Shown in pieces: positions 46,083-56,220 of a DNA stretch of 64,000 nt. The stretch is from Flavobacteriales bacterium (lineage in GTDB: Bacteria > Bacteroidota > Bacteroidia > Flavobacteriales_F > PHOS-HE28). The stretch's first letter is position 1. Every line of letters begins with the position of its first letter. Position numbers and translations under genes: made by a program. The stretch lies in NCBI GenBank assembly GCA_044226515.1, contig JBGAGX010000003.1, positions 136,721 through 200,720 on the forward strand, read 5' to 3'. A model generated the notes under the pieces. It searched no databases, was not told the DNA's origin, and saw only the letters and a program-made list of their open reading frames with translations.

Positions 46083-46613
46083 ATGTCCTCCACCAAGAAA
46101 AGCGGCCTGGACAAGGCCTTCGAGTCGTTGCTGCACGCCGATGACGCGCAACTCTTACGCGCCCTGGCCACCGTGGACCAGCAGGGCGATGCCCGCGCGA
46201 TCATGCCCCTGCTGCACGCGCTGGCCCGCAGCACCGACCACAAGGTGCAGCAGCGCATCACCGACATGCTCTACCAGATCAAGGTGAAGGACGCCGTGCC
46301 CGAGCTGATGAAGGCGCTGGAGGAACCGGCCCTGCGCCCCGTGCGCCGCACCATCCTCGCCACCTTCTGGAACGCCGGGCTCGATGTACGCGACCAGGTG
46401 GAACAGCTGGTGGCCGTGGCCGTGGAGGGCGATGCCGAGGAGTGCTTCGAGTGCCTCACCGTGCTCGAGCACAACGAGTTCCTCAACGACAAGGGCGTGC
46501 TGGCGGGGATCAAGCGCCTGAAGACCGCCATCGCCGGCAACACCGACGAGTACAAGGGCGCCATGCTCGGCACCCTGCTGGTGGAGCTGCAGGCGCGGGT
46601 GGGGAAGGAATAG
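46083..46613 (+). CDS. HEAT-repeat-like helical protein
   Basis: Amphipathic helical repeats (RAIMPLLHAL, AVPELMKAL). Confidence 0.6.
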   Translation: MSSTKKSGLDKAFESLLHADDAQLLRALATVDQQGDARAIMPLLHALARSTDHKVQQRITDMLYQIKVKDAVPELMKALEEPALRPVRRTILATFWNAGLDVRDQVEQLVAVAVEGDAEECFECLTVLEHNEFLNDKGVLAGIKRLKTAIAGNTDEYKGAMLGTLLVELQARVGKE

Positions 46614-46615
46614 CC

Positions 46616-47575
46616 CTACCCCTTCAAGTACCCCTCCACCGCCCGCTGGATCCGGCCGGTGATGTCGGTGGTATCGGCCGGCACGAAGGTCTGCCCCGTG
46701 ATCTTCTCGTACAGCTCGATGTAGCGCTCGCTCACGGTGCGGACGAAGTCATCGTCCATGTGCGGCACCTGCTGGCCCTCCTTGCCCATGAAGCCGTTGG
46801 CCATGAGCCATTCGCGCACGAACTCCTTGCTGAGCTGCTTCTGCGCCTCGCCCCGCTCCTGCCGTTCGGCATAGCCCTCCAGGTGGAAATAGCGTGAGCT
46901 GTCGGGCGTGTGGATCTCGTCGATCACGATGATCCCGCCATTGCGGCGGCCGAACTCGTACTTGGTGTCCACCAGGATGAGGCCGCGTTCCCGGGCGATG
47001 CGCGTGCCCTCGGCGAAGAGCGTAAGGGCGTACTGCTTCATGGTGTCCCACTCCGCCGGGGTGCAAAGGCCGCGCTGCAGGATCTCGTTGGGCGTGATGT
47101 CCTCGTCGTGCCCCTCGTCGGCCTTGGTGCTGGGCGTGATGATGGGCTCGGGGAAGCGGTCGTTCTCGCGCAGGCGATCGGGCATGGCCGCCCCGCAGAG
47201 CACGCGGTGACCGGCCTTGTACTGGCGCCAGGCGTGGCCGCTGAGGTAGCCGCGCACCACCATCTCCACCTTCACGGGGTCGCAGGCGTGGCCCACGATC
47301 ACCTGGGGGTCGGGCATGGCGATGGTCCAGTTGGGCACCTTGGCCGCGGTGGCCTGCAGCATGTGCCAGCTCACCTGGCTCAGCACCTGGCCCTTGTGGG
47401 GGATGCCGCGCGGCAGGATCACGTCGAAGGCGCTGATGCGGTCGCTGGCCACCATCACCATGCGGCCGTCGGCCAGGGTGTACACGTCGCGCACCTTGCC
47501 GTGGTACACCTTGGTGACGCCGGGCAGCTTCAGTTCGGAGCGCGTGAGCGTGGCGGGAAGGGTCATGGGGGTCAT
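46616..47575 (-). CDS. purC: SAICAR synthetase
   Basis: [52 protein letters not shown]. Confidence 0.95.
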   Translation of the reverse strand: MTPMTLPATLTRSELKLPGVTKVYHGKVRDVYTLADGRMVMVASDRISAFDVILPRGIPHKGQVLSQVSWHMLQATAAKVPNWTIAMPDPQVIVGHACDPVKVEMVVRGYLSGHAWRQYKAGHRVLCGAAMPDRLRENDRFPEPIITPSTKADEGHDEDITPNEILQRGLCTPAEWDTMKQYALTLFAEGTRIARERGLILVDTKYEFGRRNGGIIVIDEIHTPDSSRYFHLEGYAERQERGEAQKQLSKEFVREWLMANGFMGKEGQQVPHMDDDFVRTVSERYIELYEKITGQTFVPADTTDITGRIQRAVEGYLKG

Positions 47576-48543
47576 GGGGCGGGGGATACCGGTGCTTCCG
47601 GCGCAGGCGGGTCGAACTCCTTGAAGGCGGTGAGCACGCGCGTCACCAGCTCGTGGCGGATCACGTCCTTCTCATCGAGCTCGATGATGCTGATGCCGTC
47701 CACGCCGCGCAGCTTCTGCACGGTGGGCACCAGGCCGCTGCGCTGCCGGTCGGGCAGGTCCACCTGGGTCACATCGCCGGTGATCACGAACTTGGCGTTG
47801 CGGCCCATGCGGGTGAGGAACATCTTCAGCTGGGGCAGCGTGGCGTTCTGGGCCTCGTCGAGGATCACGAAGGCGTGGTCGAGTGTGCGGCCGCGCATGA
47901 AGGCGAGCGGGGCGATCTGGATCACGCCGTTCTCCAGGTGCTCGGCCAGCCGCTGCGCGGGGATCATGTCCTTGAGCGCGTCGTAGAGCGGCTGCAGGTA
48001 GGGGTCGAGCTTCTCGCGCAGGTCGCCGGGCAGGAAGCCTAGGCTCTCCCCCGCCTCCACGGCCGGACGCGTGAGGATGATGCGCCGCACCTGTCGGTCG
48101 CGCAGGGCCTTCACGGCCAGTGCGACGGCGGTGTAGGTCTTGCCGGTGCCGGCCGGACCGATGGCGAAGACCATGTCGTGCGTGGCCACCGCCTCCACCA
48201 GGCGCTGCTGGTTGCGGGTGCGGGCCTTCACGCGCAGGCCGGCGTTGCCGTGCACGAGCACGTCGCCCTCCTCGGGTGCCTCGCCGGGGTTGCCCTGCCC
48301 CATGATGTCGTCGAGCACCTTGCGCGGCAGGTCGTTGTACCGGGCCACGTGCTGCACGAGCTGCTCGAAACGCTCGGCGAACACCGCGATGTCCTCCTCG
48401 GTACCGATCACCTTGAGCACATCGCCGCGGGCGATGAGGCTGAGCTTGGGATACAGGTTGCGGATGATCCGCAGGTTCTGGTCGTTCGCGCCGAGCACCT
48501 CCACGGGGTCCACGTCGCTGATCGGGATCGAGTGTTCGCTCAC
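47572..48543 (-). CDS. phoH: PhoH family ATPase
   Basis: [45 protein letters not shown]; GTG start inferred. Confidence 0.92.
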   Translation of the reverse strand: MSEHSIPISDVDPVEVLGANDQNLRIIRNLYPKLSLIARGDVLKVIGTEEDIAVFAERFEQLVQHVARYNDLPRKVLDDIMGQGNPGEAPEEGDVLVHGNAGLRVKARTRNQQRLVEAVATHDMVFAIGPAGTGKTYTAVALAVKALRDRQVRRIILTRPAVEAGESLGFLPGDLREKLDPYLQPLYDALKDMIPAQRLAEHLENGVIQIAPLAFMRGRTLDHAFVILDEAQNATLPQLKMFLTRMGRNAKFVITGDVTQVDLPDRQRSGLVPTVQKLRGVDGISIIELDEKDVIRHELVTRVLTAFKEFDPPAPEAPVSPAP

Positions 48544-48646
48544 GCCGCTGGGTCTCGAATTATGAACGCGCCGGTGTTGATCGACAGTGTGCGTTCCGGC
48601 AGGCCGAAGGTAGGGCGAACGGTTTTCTTCGCTGTCCCTACCGCGC

Positions 48647-49474
48647 ATGAACATCGTCACCCTCACCACGGACATGGGCCTGAAGGACCATTACGTGGCC
48701 GTGGTGAAAGGCGCCCTGTACAGCCAGGTGCCCGATGTGCGGATCGTGGACATCAGCCACAGCATCACGCCGTTCGACAACGCGCAGACCGCCTTCGTGC
48801 TGCGCCACGCCTACCCGGAATTCCCCCGGGGCACGGTGCACCTGATCGGCGTGAACCCAGAGGCCACCGGCAACACCCCCCACCTGGTGGTGCGCCACGA
48901 CGGTCACTACTTCATCGGTGCCGACAACGGCATCTTCCCGCTCCTCTTCGACGGCCGGCCGCATGAGGCCTTCGAGCTAACGATGAAGCTGGAGGAGGAC
49001 CACGCCACCTTCCCGCTGAAGAACGTGTTCGTTCGGGCCGCCGCTTTCCTGCTGCAGGGCGGCACACCCGAAGTGATCGGCCGCAAGACCGTGAACATCC
49101 GCGAGATGATGGGCTTCCGGCCGGCGGCCGACAACCTGAGCATCCGCGGCCAGGTGATCTACGTGGACTCCTACGGCAACGTGGTCACCAACATCGTGCG
49201 CGGACAGTTCAACGAGCTGGTGAAGGGGCAGCCCTTCCGCATCACCTTCGGCCGCTCGGCGCACGATATCGTGTCGGTGAGCCGCCAGTACGCCGATGTG
49301 CCGCAGGGCGAACGGCTGGCCTTCTTCGGCAGCAGCGGCCACCTGACCATCGCCGTGAACAAGGGCGTGGAGGGCATGGGCGGCGGCGCCTCGGGCCTTC
49401 TGGGCCTGCATGTGAACGACCCGGTGCGCGTGGAGCTCGTGCTCACCGCCCGGCCTGTCGCCGTTCCCGCATGA
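48647..49474 (+). CDS. SAM hydroxide adenosyltransferase family (DUF62)
   Basis: TLTTDMG..DHYV..VKG, DISH, FIGADNG, YVDSYGNVVTN. Confidence 0.85.
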   Translation: MNIVTLTTDMGLKDHYVAVVKGALYSQVPDVRIVDISHSITPFDNAQTAFVLRHAYPEFPRGTVHLIGVNPEATGNTPHLVVRHDGHYFIGADNGIFPLLFDGRPHEAFELTMKLEEDHATFPLKNVFVRAAAFLLQGGTPEVIGRKTVNIREMMGFRPAADNLSIRGQVIYVDSYGNVVTNIVRGQFNELVKGQPFRITFGRSAHDIVSVSRQYADVPQGERLAFFGSSGHLTIAVNKGVEGMGGGASGLLGLHVNDPVRVELVLTARPVAVPA

Positions 49475-49776
49475 TGGTGCGCATCGTCCGCATGACCTTC
49501 CGGCCGGAGGAGGTGCCCGTATTCCAGGCGCTATTCGAGGGCTGGAGGCACCGGATCATCGCCTTTCCCGGTTGCAGGCACCTGCAATTGTTGCACGATC
49601 GGCAGGATCCACGGGTGTTCATGACGTACAGCGTGTGGCGTTCGTCGAACGACCTGGAGGCGTACCGCAACAGCGAGGTCTTCGCTTCCGTATGGCCTGT
49701 GGTAAAGCGTATGTTCGCCGAACCTGCCGAGGCCTGGAGCCTGGACCGCGACCACATGTTGGACGCGGCCGGGTGA
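49471..49776 (+). CDS. Antibiotic biosynthesis monooxygenase (ABM) family protein
   Basis: IVRMTF, FPGC.HL.L, FMTYS.W...LEAYR.SE.F. Confidence 0.8.
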   Translation: MMVRIVRMTFRPEEVPVFQALFEGWRHRIIAFPGCRHLQLLHDRQDPRVFMTYSVWRSSNDLEAYRNSEVFASVWPVVKRMFAEPAEAWSLDRDHMLDAAG

Positions 49777-49806
49777 TCGGTCCGGTGCTTGCACCCTGCC
49801 ACGCCC

Positions 49807-50679
49807 ATGAGGACCCTGCTCCCCCTGCTCCCGTTCGTGCTCCCCATCGCCCTCCTGGCCCAAGGCGGCGCCGAGGCCGAGTTGGCCCTGGCCCGCGACT
49901 TCCTGGCCCAGGACCGGAGCGATAGCGCCCTGGTGCACGCCGACCGCGCCATCGGCATCGACCCGCAGCTGGCGAAGGCCTGGAAGACCCGTGGCGATGC
50001 GCACCAACGCCGCAAGGAGATGCCCGAGGCGCTCGCCGACTACAACAAGGCCGAGGACCTCGACCCCAACGACCCACGGCTGTACGTGAGCCGCAGCGCC
50101 CTCCGCATCAGCGAGGGGAACCTGAAGGGGGCGCTGCGCGACTGCGAAAAGGCACTGGCCCTCGACCCCAAGGATGCCGATGCGTGGTACAACAGCGCCT
50201 GCGCCAAGTACATGGGGCAGGACACCGATGGGGCCTTGAAGGACGCCGACCGCGCGGTGAAGCTCAGGAAGGACCACGCCGACGCCCTCTTCCTGCGCGG
50301 CGTGGCCAAGGGCGAGCTCTTCCAGGAGGAGGACGGGCTGGGCGACATGGAAGAGGCCCTGCGGCTGAAACCCGCCATCCCCGGCGCCCTGATGAGCTCG
50401 GCCGTTCTGCTGTACGAAACGAAGCGCTACGCGGAAGCGATCGAGCGCTTCTCCCAGGTGATCGAGCAGGACCTGGAAGGAAAGGCCGAGGCCTACTACT
50501 ACCGAGGCGACTGCCAGTACCAGCTGGAGAACAAGGACCTCGCCTGCGCCGATTGGAAAGTGAGCGCCAAGCTTGGGGACAAGGACGCCGGCTTCATCGT
50601 GAAGAACTACTGCAACACCAACGCCACGAAGATCCCCAAGAAGCCGTCGAAGAAGCACAAGACCACGATCGAGTTCTGA
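49807..50679 (+). CDS. Exported tetratricopeptide-repeat protein
   Basis: Signal peptide; several TPR units (AWKTRGDA..ALADYNKA..LDP). Confidence 0.85.
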   Translation: MRTLLPLLPFVLPIALLAQGGAEAELALARDFLAQDRSDSALVHADRAIGIDPQLAKAWKTRGDAHQRRKEMPEALADYNKAEDLDPNDPRLYVSRSALRISEGNLKGALRDCEKALALDPKDADAWYNSACAKYMGQDTDGALKDADRAVKLRKDHADALFLRGVAKGELFQEEDGLGDMEEALRLKPAIPGALMSSAVLLYETKRYAEAIERFSQVIEQDLEGKAEAYYYRGDCQYQLENKDLACADWKVSAKLGDKDAGFIVKNYCNTNATKIPKKPSKKHKTTIEF

Positions 50680-50809
50680 GCACCTGGGGTGGGAGCAGCG
50701 GTTAGAAGGTGGAGCGGTGCAAGGGTGGAGCGGTGCGTCGACCGCGGTTGATATCCCTTGAGCACCGGCGCTTCCGCGGTTACAGGTCCGGTTATCTTGG
50801 CGCCCCGAA

Positions 50810-51535
50810 ATGCGCGCCCTCATCGCGAAAGAGGTCCGGGGCTTCCTGGGCAGCCTGATCGGCCACATCGTCATCGTGGTCTTCCTGCTGATCACGGGCC
50901 TGTTCCTGTGGGTGTTCCCCGACAACATCCTCGACCTGGGTTACGCCGACCTGGCCCCCCTGTTCGGCATCGCCCCGTGGGTCTTCCTGTTCCTGGTGCC
51001 CGCGGTCACCATGCGCAGCTTCAGCGAGGAGAAGCGCACCGGCACCCTGGAGCTCCTGCTCACCCGCCCCCTCACCGAGCTGCAGCTGGTGCTCGCCAAG
51101 TACGCCGCCAGCCTGGTGCTGGTGGTGGTGGCGCTGATCCCCACACTGGTGTACTACTGGAGCGTGAAGCAACTGGCCGTGCCGGTGGGCAATGTGGACA
51201 GCGGTGGCACCTGGGGATCCTACCTGGGCCTGCTCTTCCTGGCGGGCTGCTTCACGGGCATCGGCCTTTTCGCCTCGGCCATCACCGAGAGCCAGATCGT
51301 GGCCTTCCTCATCGCCGTGTTCCTCTGCTTCGTGCTGTACCAGGGCTTCGGGCTGGTGGCCAGCTTCGACCTGCTGGGCGCGCTGGAAGGGCCGATCAAG
51401 GCCGTGGGCATGGAGGACCACTACCGCAGCATGAGCCGCGGGGTGATCGACCTGCGCGATGTGGCCTATTTCCTGGGCGTGACCGCGGTGTTCGTGCTGC
51501 TCACGCGAACGGTGCTCCAAAGCCGGAAGTGGTGA
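50810..51535 (+). CDS. gldF: Gliding motility ABC transporter permease
   Basis: KEVRGFLGS, PAVTMRSFSEEKRTGTLELLLTRP, SRGVIDLRD. Confidence 0.9.
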   Translation: MRALIAKEVRGFLGSLIGHIVIVVFLLITGLFLWVFPDNILDLGYADLAPLFGIAPWVFLFLVPAVTMRSFSEEKRTGTLELLLTRPLTELQLVLAKYAASLVLVVVALIPTLVYYWSVKQLAVPVGNVDSGGTWGSYLGLLFLAGCFTGIGLFASAITESQIVAFLIAVFLCFVLYQGFGLVASFDLLGALEGPIKAVGMEDHYRSMSRGVIDLRDVAYFLGVTAVFVLLTRTVLQSRKW

Positions 51536-51536
51536 G

Positions 51537-53273
51537 ATGAGGAAGGGACGCTCCAACCGCGGCAAGGACCTGCTCGACCTCCTCGTGGGGCTGGGCATCG
51601 TGGCACTGGTGCTCTTCATCACCTCGTTCGTCCGCCTACGCGCCGACCTCACCAGCGAGCAGCGCTACACCCTCACCCCCGCCACCAAGGAGCTGGTGGG
51701 CAAGCTGGATGATGTGGTCTTCGTGAAGGTGTACCTGCACGGCGAGCTGCCGGCCGACCTCAAGCGCCTGGAGCAGGCCACCCGCGAGCTGCTCGACGAG
51801 ATGCGCGTGCTGAACCCCGACCTGCTGCAATACGCGTTCGTGGACCCCAGCGCCAGCCCCGACGAGAAGACGCGCACCGAGGTGTACCGCGCGCTCACCG
51901 AGCAAGGGCTGCAGTACAGCAGCATCCGCGTGAAGGAGAAGGGCGGCCAGCGCGAGCTCATCGTGTTCCCCGGTGCGGTGCTGAGCTACAAGGGCAAGGC
52001 CCTCCCCCTGCAACTGCTGAAGACCCAGCTGCGGCAGCCCGATGCGGACATGGTGAACCGCTCCATCAACAACCTGGAGTACGAGCTCAGCAGCGCCATC
52101 CGGCAGGTCACCAGCACCTTCAAGCCCCGCATCGCCTTCCTGGAGGGTCACGGCGAACTGGCACCGCCCCTGGTGCAGGACATCGCGAACGTGCTGGGCG
52201 AACAGTACACCGTGAGCCGTGTGCGCATCGACGACCGCATCGACGCGCTGAGCGACAAGGTGGAAGGCGGTCGCTACCGCGCCAACCGCTATGAGGCCCT
52301 CATCATCGCCAGGCCCGACAGCGCCTTCAGCGACCGCGACCTCTACGTGATCGACCAGTTCGTGATGAACGGCGGCAAGGTGCTCTGGTGCGTGGACGCC
52401 ATGAACGCCCACCTGGACAGCCTCCGCGAGAAGCAGTTCAGCATCGCCACCCCGTACGACCTGCGGTTGGACGACCTGCTCTTCGCCTACGGGGTGCGCA
52501 TCAACACCGACCTGGTGCTCGACCAGCAGTGCGCGCCCATCGAGCTCTACACCACGCCCTACGGAAATCAGCGCAAGCTGGAGCGCTTCCCCTTCCCCTA
52601 CGAGCCCATCGTGATCCCGCGCAGCGCCCACCCCATCGTCAACAACATCGACCCGGTGCACCTGCGCTTCCCCAGCAGCATCGACACCATCGGCACCGAC
52701 AGCGCCCGCAAGACCATCCTGCTCACCAGCTCGCCCTACACCTGGGTGCTGAAGAACCCCGCCCGCATCAGCCTGGGCATCGTGGACAACCCGCCGCCCT
52801 TCGAGCGCAGCAGGACCCCCGACCTGCCGCTGGCCGTGCTCAGCGAAGGCCGCTACCGCAGCGCCTTCGCCGACAAGCTGCCCGAGCCCTTCGTGGCCGA
52901 CCCGCAGGTGGCCTACCGCGCGTGGAGCCGCACCACCGCCATGGTGGTGGTGAGCGACGGCGACGCCATCGCCAACCGGGTGGACCCGCAGAAGGGCATG
53001 TACTACCCGCTCGGCTTCGACCGCTACGCCGGCACCAAGGTGTACGGCAACCGCGAGCTCTTCGTGAACGCCCTCAACTACCTGCTCGACGACCAGGGCC
53101 TCATCAGCATCCGCTCGCGGGCCATCACCCTGCGCACGCTCGATACCGCCAGGGTGGAGGACGAGCGCACACGCTGGCAGGCCATCAACCTGGTGATCCC
53201 GGTGCTGCTGAGCCTGGCCGCGGGCCTGGCCTTCCACCTCCTCCGCCGTCGTCGCTACGCCACCGCCGCATGA
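51537..53273 (+). CDS. gldG: Gliding motility ABC transporter substrate-binding component
   Basis: DLTSEQRYTL, NNLEYEL, FLEGHGE, DQFVMNGGK, LLDDQGLISIRSR; follows gldF. Confidence 0.9.
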   Translation: MRKGRSNRGKDLLDLLVGLGIVALVLFITSFVRLRADLTSEQRYTLTPATKELVGKLDDVVFVKVYLHGELPADLKRLEQATRELLDEMRVLNPDLLQYAFVDPSASPDEKTRTEVYRALTEQGLQYSSIRVKEKGGQRELIVFPGAVLSYKGKALPLQLLKTQLRQPDADMVNRSINNLEYELSSAIRQVTSTFKPRIAFLEGHGELAPPLVQDIANVLGEQYTVSRVRIDDRIDALSDKVEGGRYRANRYEALIIARPDSAFSDRDLYVIDQFVMNGGKVLWCVDAMNAHLDSLREKQFSIATPYDLRLDDLLFAYGVRINTDLVLDQQCAPIELYTTPYGNQRKLERFPFPYEPIVIPRSAHPIVNNIDPVHLRFPSSIDTIGTDSARKTILLTSSPYTWVLKNPARISLGIVDNPPPFERSRTPDLPLAVLSEGRYRSAFADKLPEPFVADPQVAYRAWSRTTAMVVVSDGDAIANRVDPQKGMYYPLGFDRYAGTKVYGNRELFVNALNYLLDDQGLISIRSRAITLRTLDTARVEDERTRWQAINLVIPVLLSLAAGLAFHLLRRRRYATAA

Positions 53274-54283
53274 AACGCCTGATCCCCCTCCTGCTCCTGC
53301 TGGCCCTGGGCCTGGTGGCCTGGTGGCTGTGGCGCGGCAACACCGGCAGCACCCTTGCCGGTCCGCTCACCGACTTCCGCGTGGCCGACACCAGCGCGGT
53401 GGACCGCATCTTCATCGCCGACATGCAGGGCCGCACGGTGGACCTGAAGCGCACCGGCCCCGGCACCTGGACCGTGAACGGGCTGCCCGCCAACCCGAAG
53501 AACGTGCAGCTGTTGCTGAAGACCTTCCTGCGGGCGGAGGTGCGTAGTCCGGTGCCCAAGGCCGCCGAGGCCAACGTGCTGAAGGTGATGAGCAGCACGG
53601 CCCGGAAGGTGGAGATCTACACCGGCAACGCGGTGCCCGCCAAGATCTGGTACGTGGGACACGCCACGCAGGACCACTACGGCACGTACATGCTGCTGGA
53701 GGTGCCCGGCGAGGGCAAGAGCAGCGTGCCCTTCGTGATGGGCATGAGCGGCTTCACCGGCTTCCTGAGCACCCGTTTCCACACCACGCTCGACGACTGG
53801 CGGAGCACCGTGGTCCTCGACAACCCCGACCTCACGCGCATCCGCAAGGTGTCGCTCACCACCCCTACCCGTCCCGCCGAAGGCTGGACCGTGACCTACA
53901 GCGGCGGCAACGACCTGAAGCTCTTCACGCACGACAACGTGCAGGTGGCCCTGGACAGCGGGGCGGTGAAGGACCTCTTCCGCGAGCTGCGCGACCAGCA
54001 CTTCGAGATGTTCGAACGGCAGATCGGCAAGGCCCAGCGCGACTCGGTGCTGGCGAGCCCGCCCGCGGCGGTGCTGGCGATCACCACGGACGATGGCAGC
54101 ACGCGCCGGATCCCCTTCTGGGGCAAGACACCGTACAAGAACGAGCGCGACCTGGAGGGCAACCTGTTGACCGTGGACACCTCGCGCGAGTGGGCCCTTC
54201 TCGACGACACCTGCCTGGTGGTGGTGCAGCGCCACCTCTTCGATCGCATCACCCTGCCCATCCCCTACCTGATGGCGCGCTGA
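53270..54283 (+). CDS. DUF4340-like membrane-anchored protein
   Basis: N-terminal TM; DF.VADT..VDRIFI; typical position after gldG. Confidence 0.6.
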   Translation: MKRLIPLLLLLALGLVAWWLWRGNTGSTLAGPLTDFRVADTSAVDRIFIADMQGRTVDLKRTGPGTWTVNGLPANPKNVQLLLKTFLRAEVRSPVPKAAEANVLKVMSSTARKVEIYTGNAVPAKIWYVGHATQDHYGTYMLLEVPGEGKSSVPFVMGMSGFTGFLSTRFHTTLDDWRSTVVLDNPDLTRIRKVSLTTPTRPAEGWTVTYSGGNDLKLFTHDNVQVALDSGAVKDLFRELRDQHFEMFERQIGKAQRDSVLASPPAAVLAITTDDGSTRRIPFWGKTPYKNERDLEGNLLTVDTSREWALLDDTCLVVVQRHLFDRITLPIPYLMAR

Positions 54284-54356
54284 GGGTGCGGCCGGCCGTG
54301 TTGAAAAGGGCGTTCCCGTGTTGATAAGTGGCCCGGAACGCCCCTGAGGGCCCCGC

Positions 54357-54364
54357 TATCTTTG
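54357..54364 (+). promoter_or_regulatory. Bacteroidota sigma-A -7 box upstream of dnaN
   Basis: TATCTTTG is an exact match to TAnnTTTG. Confidence 0.65.
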
Positions 54365-54435
54365 GGCGCGCCGGAAAACGCCCTGGCGACGAGACTGAGA
54401 TGGAAACGGTAGCAACCAAGGATAAGACCGCAACG

Positions 54436-55557
54436 ATGAAGTTCATTGTGTCCAGCACGGCCCTGTTGAAGCAGCTGCAAACGCTCCAGGGGGTGCTCGC
54501 CAGCAGCAACACCCTCCCCATCCTCGACAACTTCCTGTTCGAGATCGACGGCAAGCAGCTCACCGTGACGGCCAGCGATCTGGAGACCACCATCACCGCC
54601 ACCATGCCGGTGGAGGCCAAGGACAAGGGCAGCGTGGCCATTCCGGCCCGCCTGCTGCTCGACACCCTGAAGGCCTTCCCCGAGCAGCCGCTCACCTTCA
54701 GCATCGACGGCAAGCACCACGGTGTGGAGCTGATCAGCGACCAGGGCAAGTACAAGATGACCGGCTTCAACGGCTCGGAGTTCCCCAAGAGCCCCGTGCT
54801 GGAGAACCCCAGCACCTTCGCCCTGCCCGGCGGCACGCTGGCCACCGCCATCAACAAGAGCATCTTCGCCACCGGCAACGACGACCTGCGCCCCGTGATG
54901 AGCGGGATCTTCTTCGAGCTCGGCGAGGACAGCGTGAACTTCGTGGCCACGGACGCCCACAAGCTCGTGCGCTACAAGCGCACCGACGTGAAGGCCGACC
55001 GCCCGGCCAGCTTCATCGTGCCCAAGAAGCCGCTGAACCTGTTGAAGAACAGCCTGGGCAGCAGCAACGCCGAGGTGAGCGTGGCCTACAACGAGAACAA
55101 CGCCTCCTTCACCTTCGACAACACCGTGCTGGTGTGCCGCCTCATCGATGGCAAGTACCCCAACTACGAGGCGGTCATCCCCAAGAAGAACCCCAACAAG
55201 CTCACCATCGACCGCCAGTCGTTCCTGAGCTCCATCCGCCGCGTGGCCATCTTCTCCAACAAGACCACGCACCAGGTGCGGCTCACCATCAACGGCAGCC
55301 AGCTCACGGTTAGCGCCGAGGACCTGGACTTCAGCAACGAGGCGAGCGAGAAACTCACCTGCACCTACGAGGGCGAGGACATGACGATCGGCTTCAACAG
55401 CCGCTTCCTCATGGACATGCTGAACAACCTGGCCTGTGAGCACGTGGTGCTGGAGATGAGCGCCCCCAACCGCGCCGGCATCCTGCTGCCCGGTGAGGCC
55501 GGGGAAGTGGGTGAGGACATCCTGATGCTGGTGATGCCGGTGATGCTCAACAACTGA
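54436..55557 (+). CDS. dnaN: DNA polymerase III beta sliding clamp
   Basis: MKFIVSS, LPILDNFLF, ASDLE, RPVMSG, ATDAHKL, DGKYPNYE, IGFNSRFL, MLVMPVM. Confidence 0.96.
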   Translation: MKFIVSSTALLKQLQTLQGVLASSNTLPILDNFLFEIDGKQLTVTASDLETTITATMPVEAKDKGSVAIPARLLLDTLKAFPEQPLTFSIDGKHHGVELISDQGKYKMTGFNGSEFPKSPVLENPSTFALPGGTLATAINKSIFATGNDDLRPVMSGIFFELGEDSVNFVATDAHKLVRYKRTDVKADRPASFIVPKKPLNLLKNSLGSSNAEVSVAYNENNASFTFDNTVLVCRLIDGKYPNYEAVIPKKNPNKLTIDRQSFLSSIRRVAIFSNKTTHQVRLTINGSQLTVSAEDLDFSNEASEKLTCTYEGEDMTIGFNSRFLMDMLNNLACEHVVLEMSAPNRAGILLPGEAGEVGEDILMLVMPVMLNN

Positions 55558-55562
55558 GCGGT

Positions 55563-55976
55563 ATGAAACTCCCCCTCTTCGCCCTGGCCCTCGGCCTGAT
55601 GCTGACGGCGGGCAAATGCTCCGACAGGTCGGGCGCCATGGACGTGATCGGCACCAAGTGGATGCTCAAGGACATCGCCGGTCAGGCGGTGCAGATGCCC
55701 GCAGGCATGGACATGCCCTGGCTGCAGATGGCCGCGGACAAGTCCCTCTCGGGTTTCGGTGGCTGCAACAACATCATGGGCAAGGTCGAACTGGACGGCT
55801 CCAGCATCGGCTTCCCCGGCGTGGCCAGCACGAAGAAGTTCTGCGAGGCCACCCAGAAGACCGAGGATGCGTTCATGGGCGCCCTGCGGGAGGCCCGGAC
55901 CTTCAAGATCCAGGACGGTCTGTTGAAGCTGATGAACGGTGACAAGGAACTGGCCAGCTTCACCAAGGGCAGCTGA
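55563..55976 (+). CDS. META domain (HslJ-like) lipoprotein
   Basis: GTKWML..I.G, SGFGGCNNIMG, STKKFC. Confidence 0.85.
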   Translation: MKLPLFALALGLMLTAGKCSDRSGAMDVIGTKWMLKDIAGQAVQMPAGMDMPWLQMAADKSLSGFGGCNNIMGKVELDGSSIGFPGVASTKKFCEATQKTEDAFMGALREARTFKIQDGLLKLMNGDKELASFTKGS

Positions 55977-56001
55977 ACCGCCGCTCGATCGATCAAGAAT
56001 G

Positions 56002-56028
56002 AAGCCTCCCCACCCGGGAGGCTTTCTT
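56002..56028 (+). terminator. Terminator after META gene
   Basis: AAGCCTCCC-CACCC-GGGAGGCTT followed by TCTT. Confidence 0.6.
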
Positions 56029-56220
56029 CATTCCAGCCCTTCCATAGGTCAATTCGATCATTCAAGCGATCTGATTCATATAGCTGTCTAACAGCCTATT
56101 AATGAATTCGAATTATAGCACAAACATCTTCGGGAGCACACGAAAGGAACACGGCCGGACGTGCCGATGCGGGACCGATCTTTGGCGCGCTGGCGGTCCA
56201 ACACCCCTGGCAGATCGAGC

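Noticed and set aside
48647-49474. Fluorinase/chlorinase
   Set aside because: DUF62 members in a housekeeping context (phoH, purC) are usually SAM hydrolases, and there are no halometabolite genes nearby.
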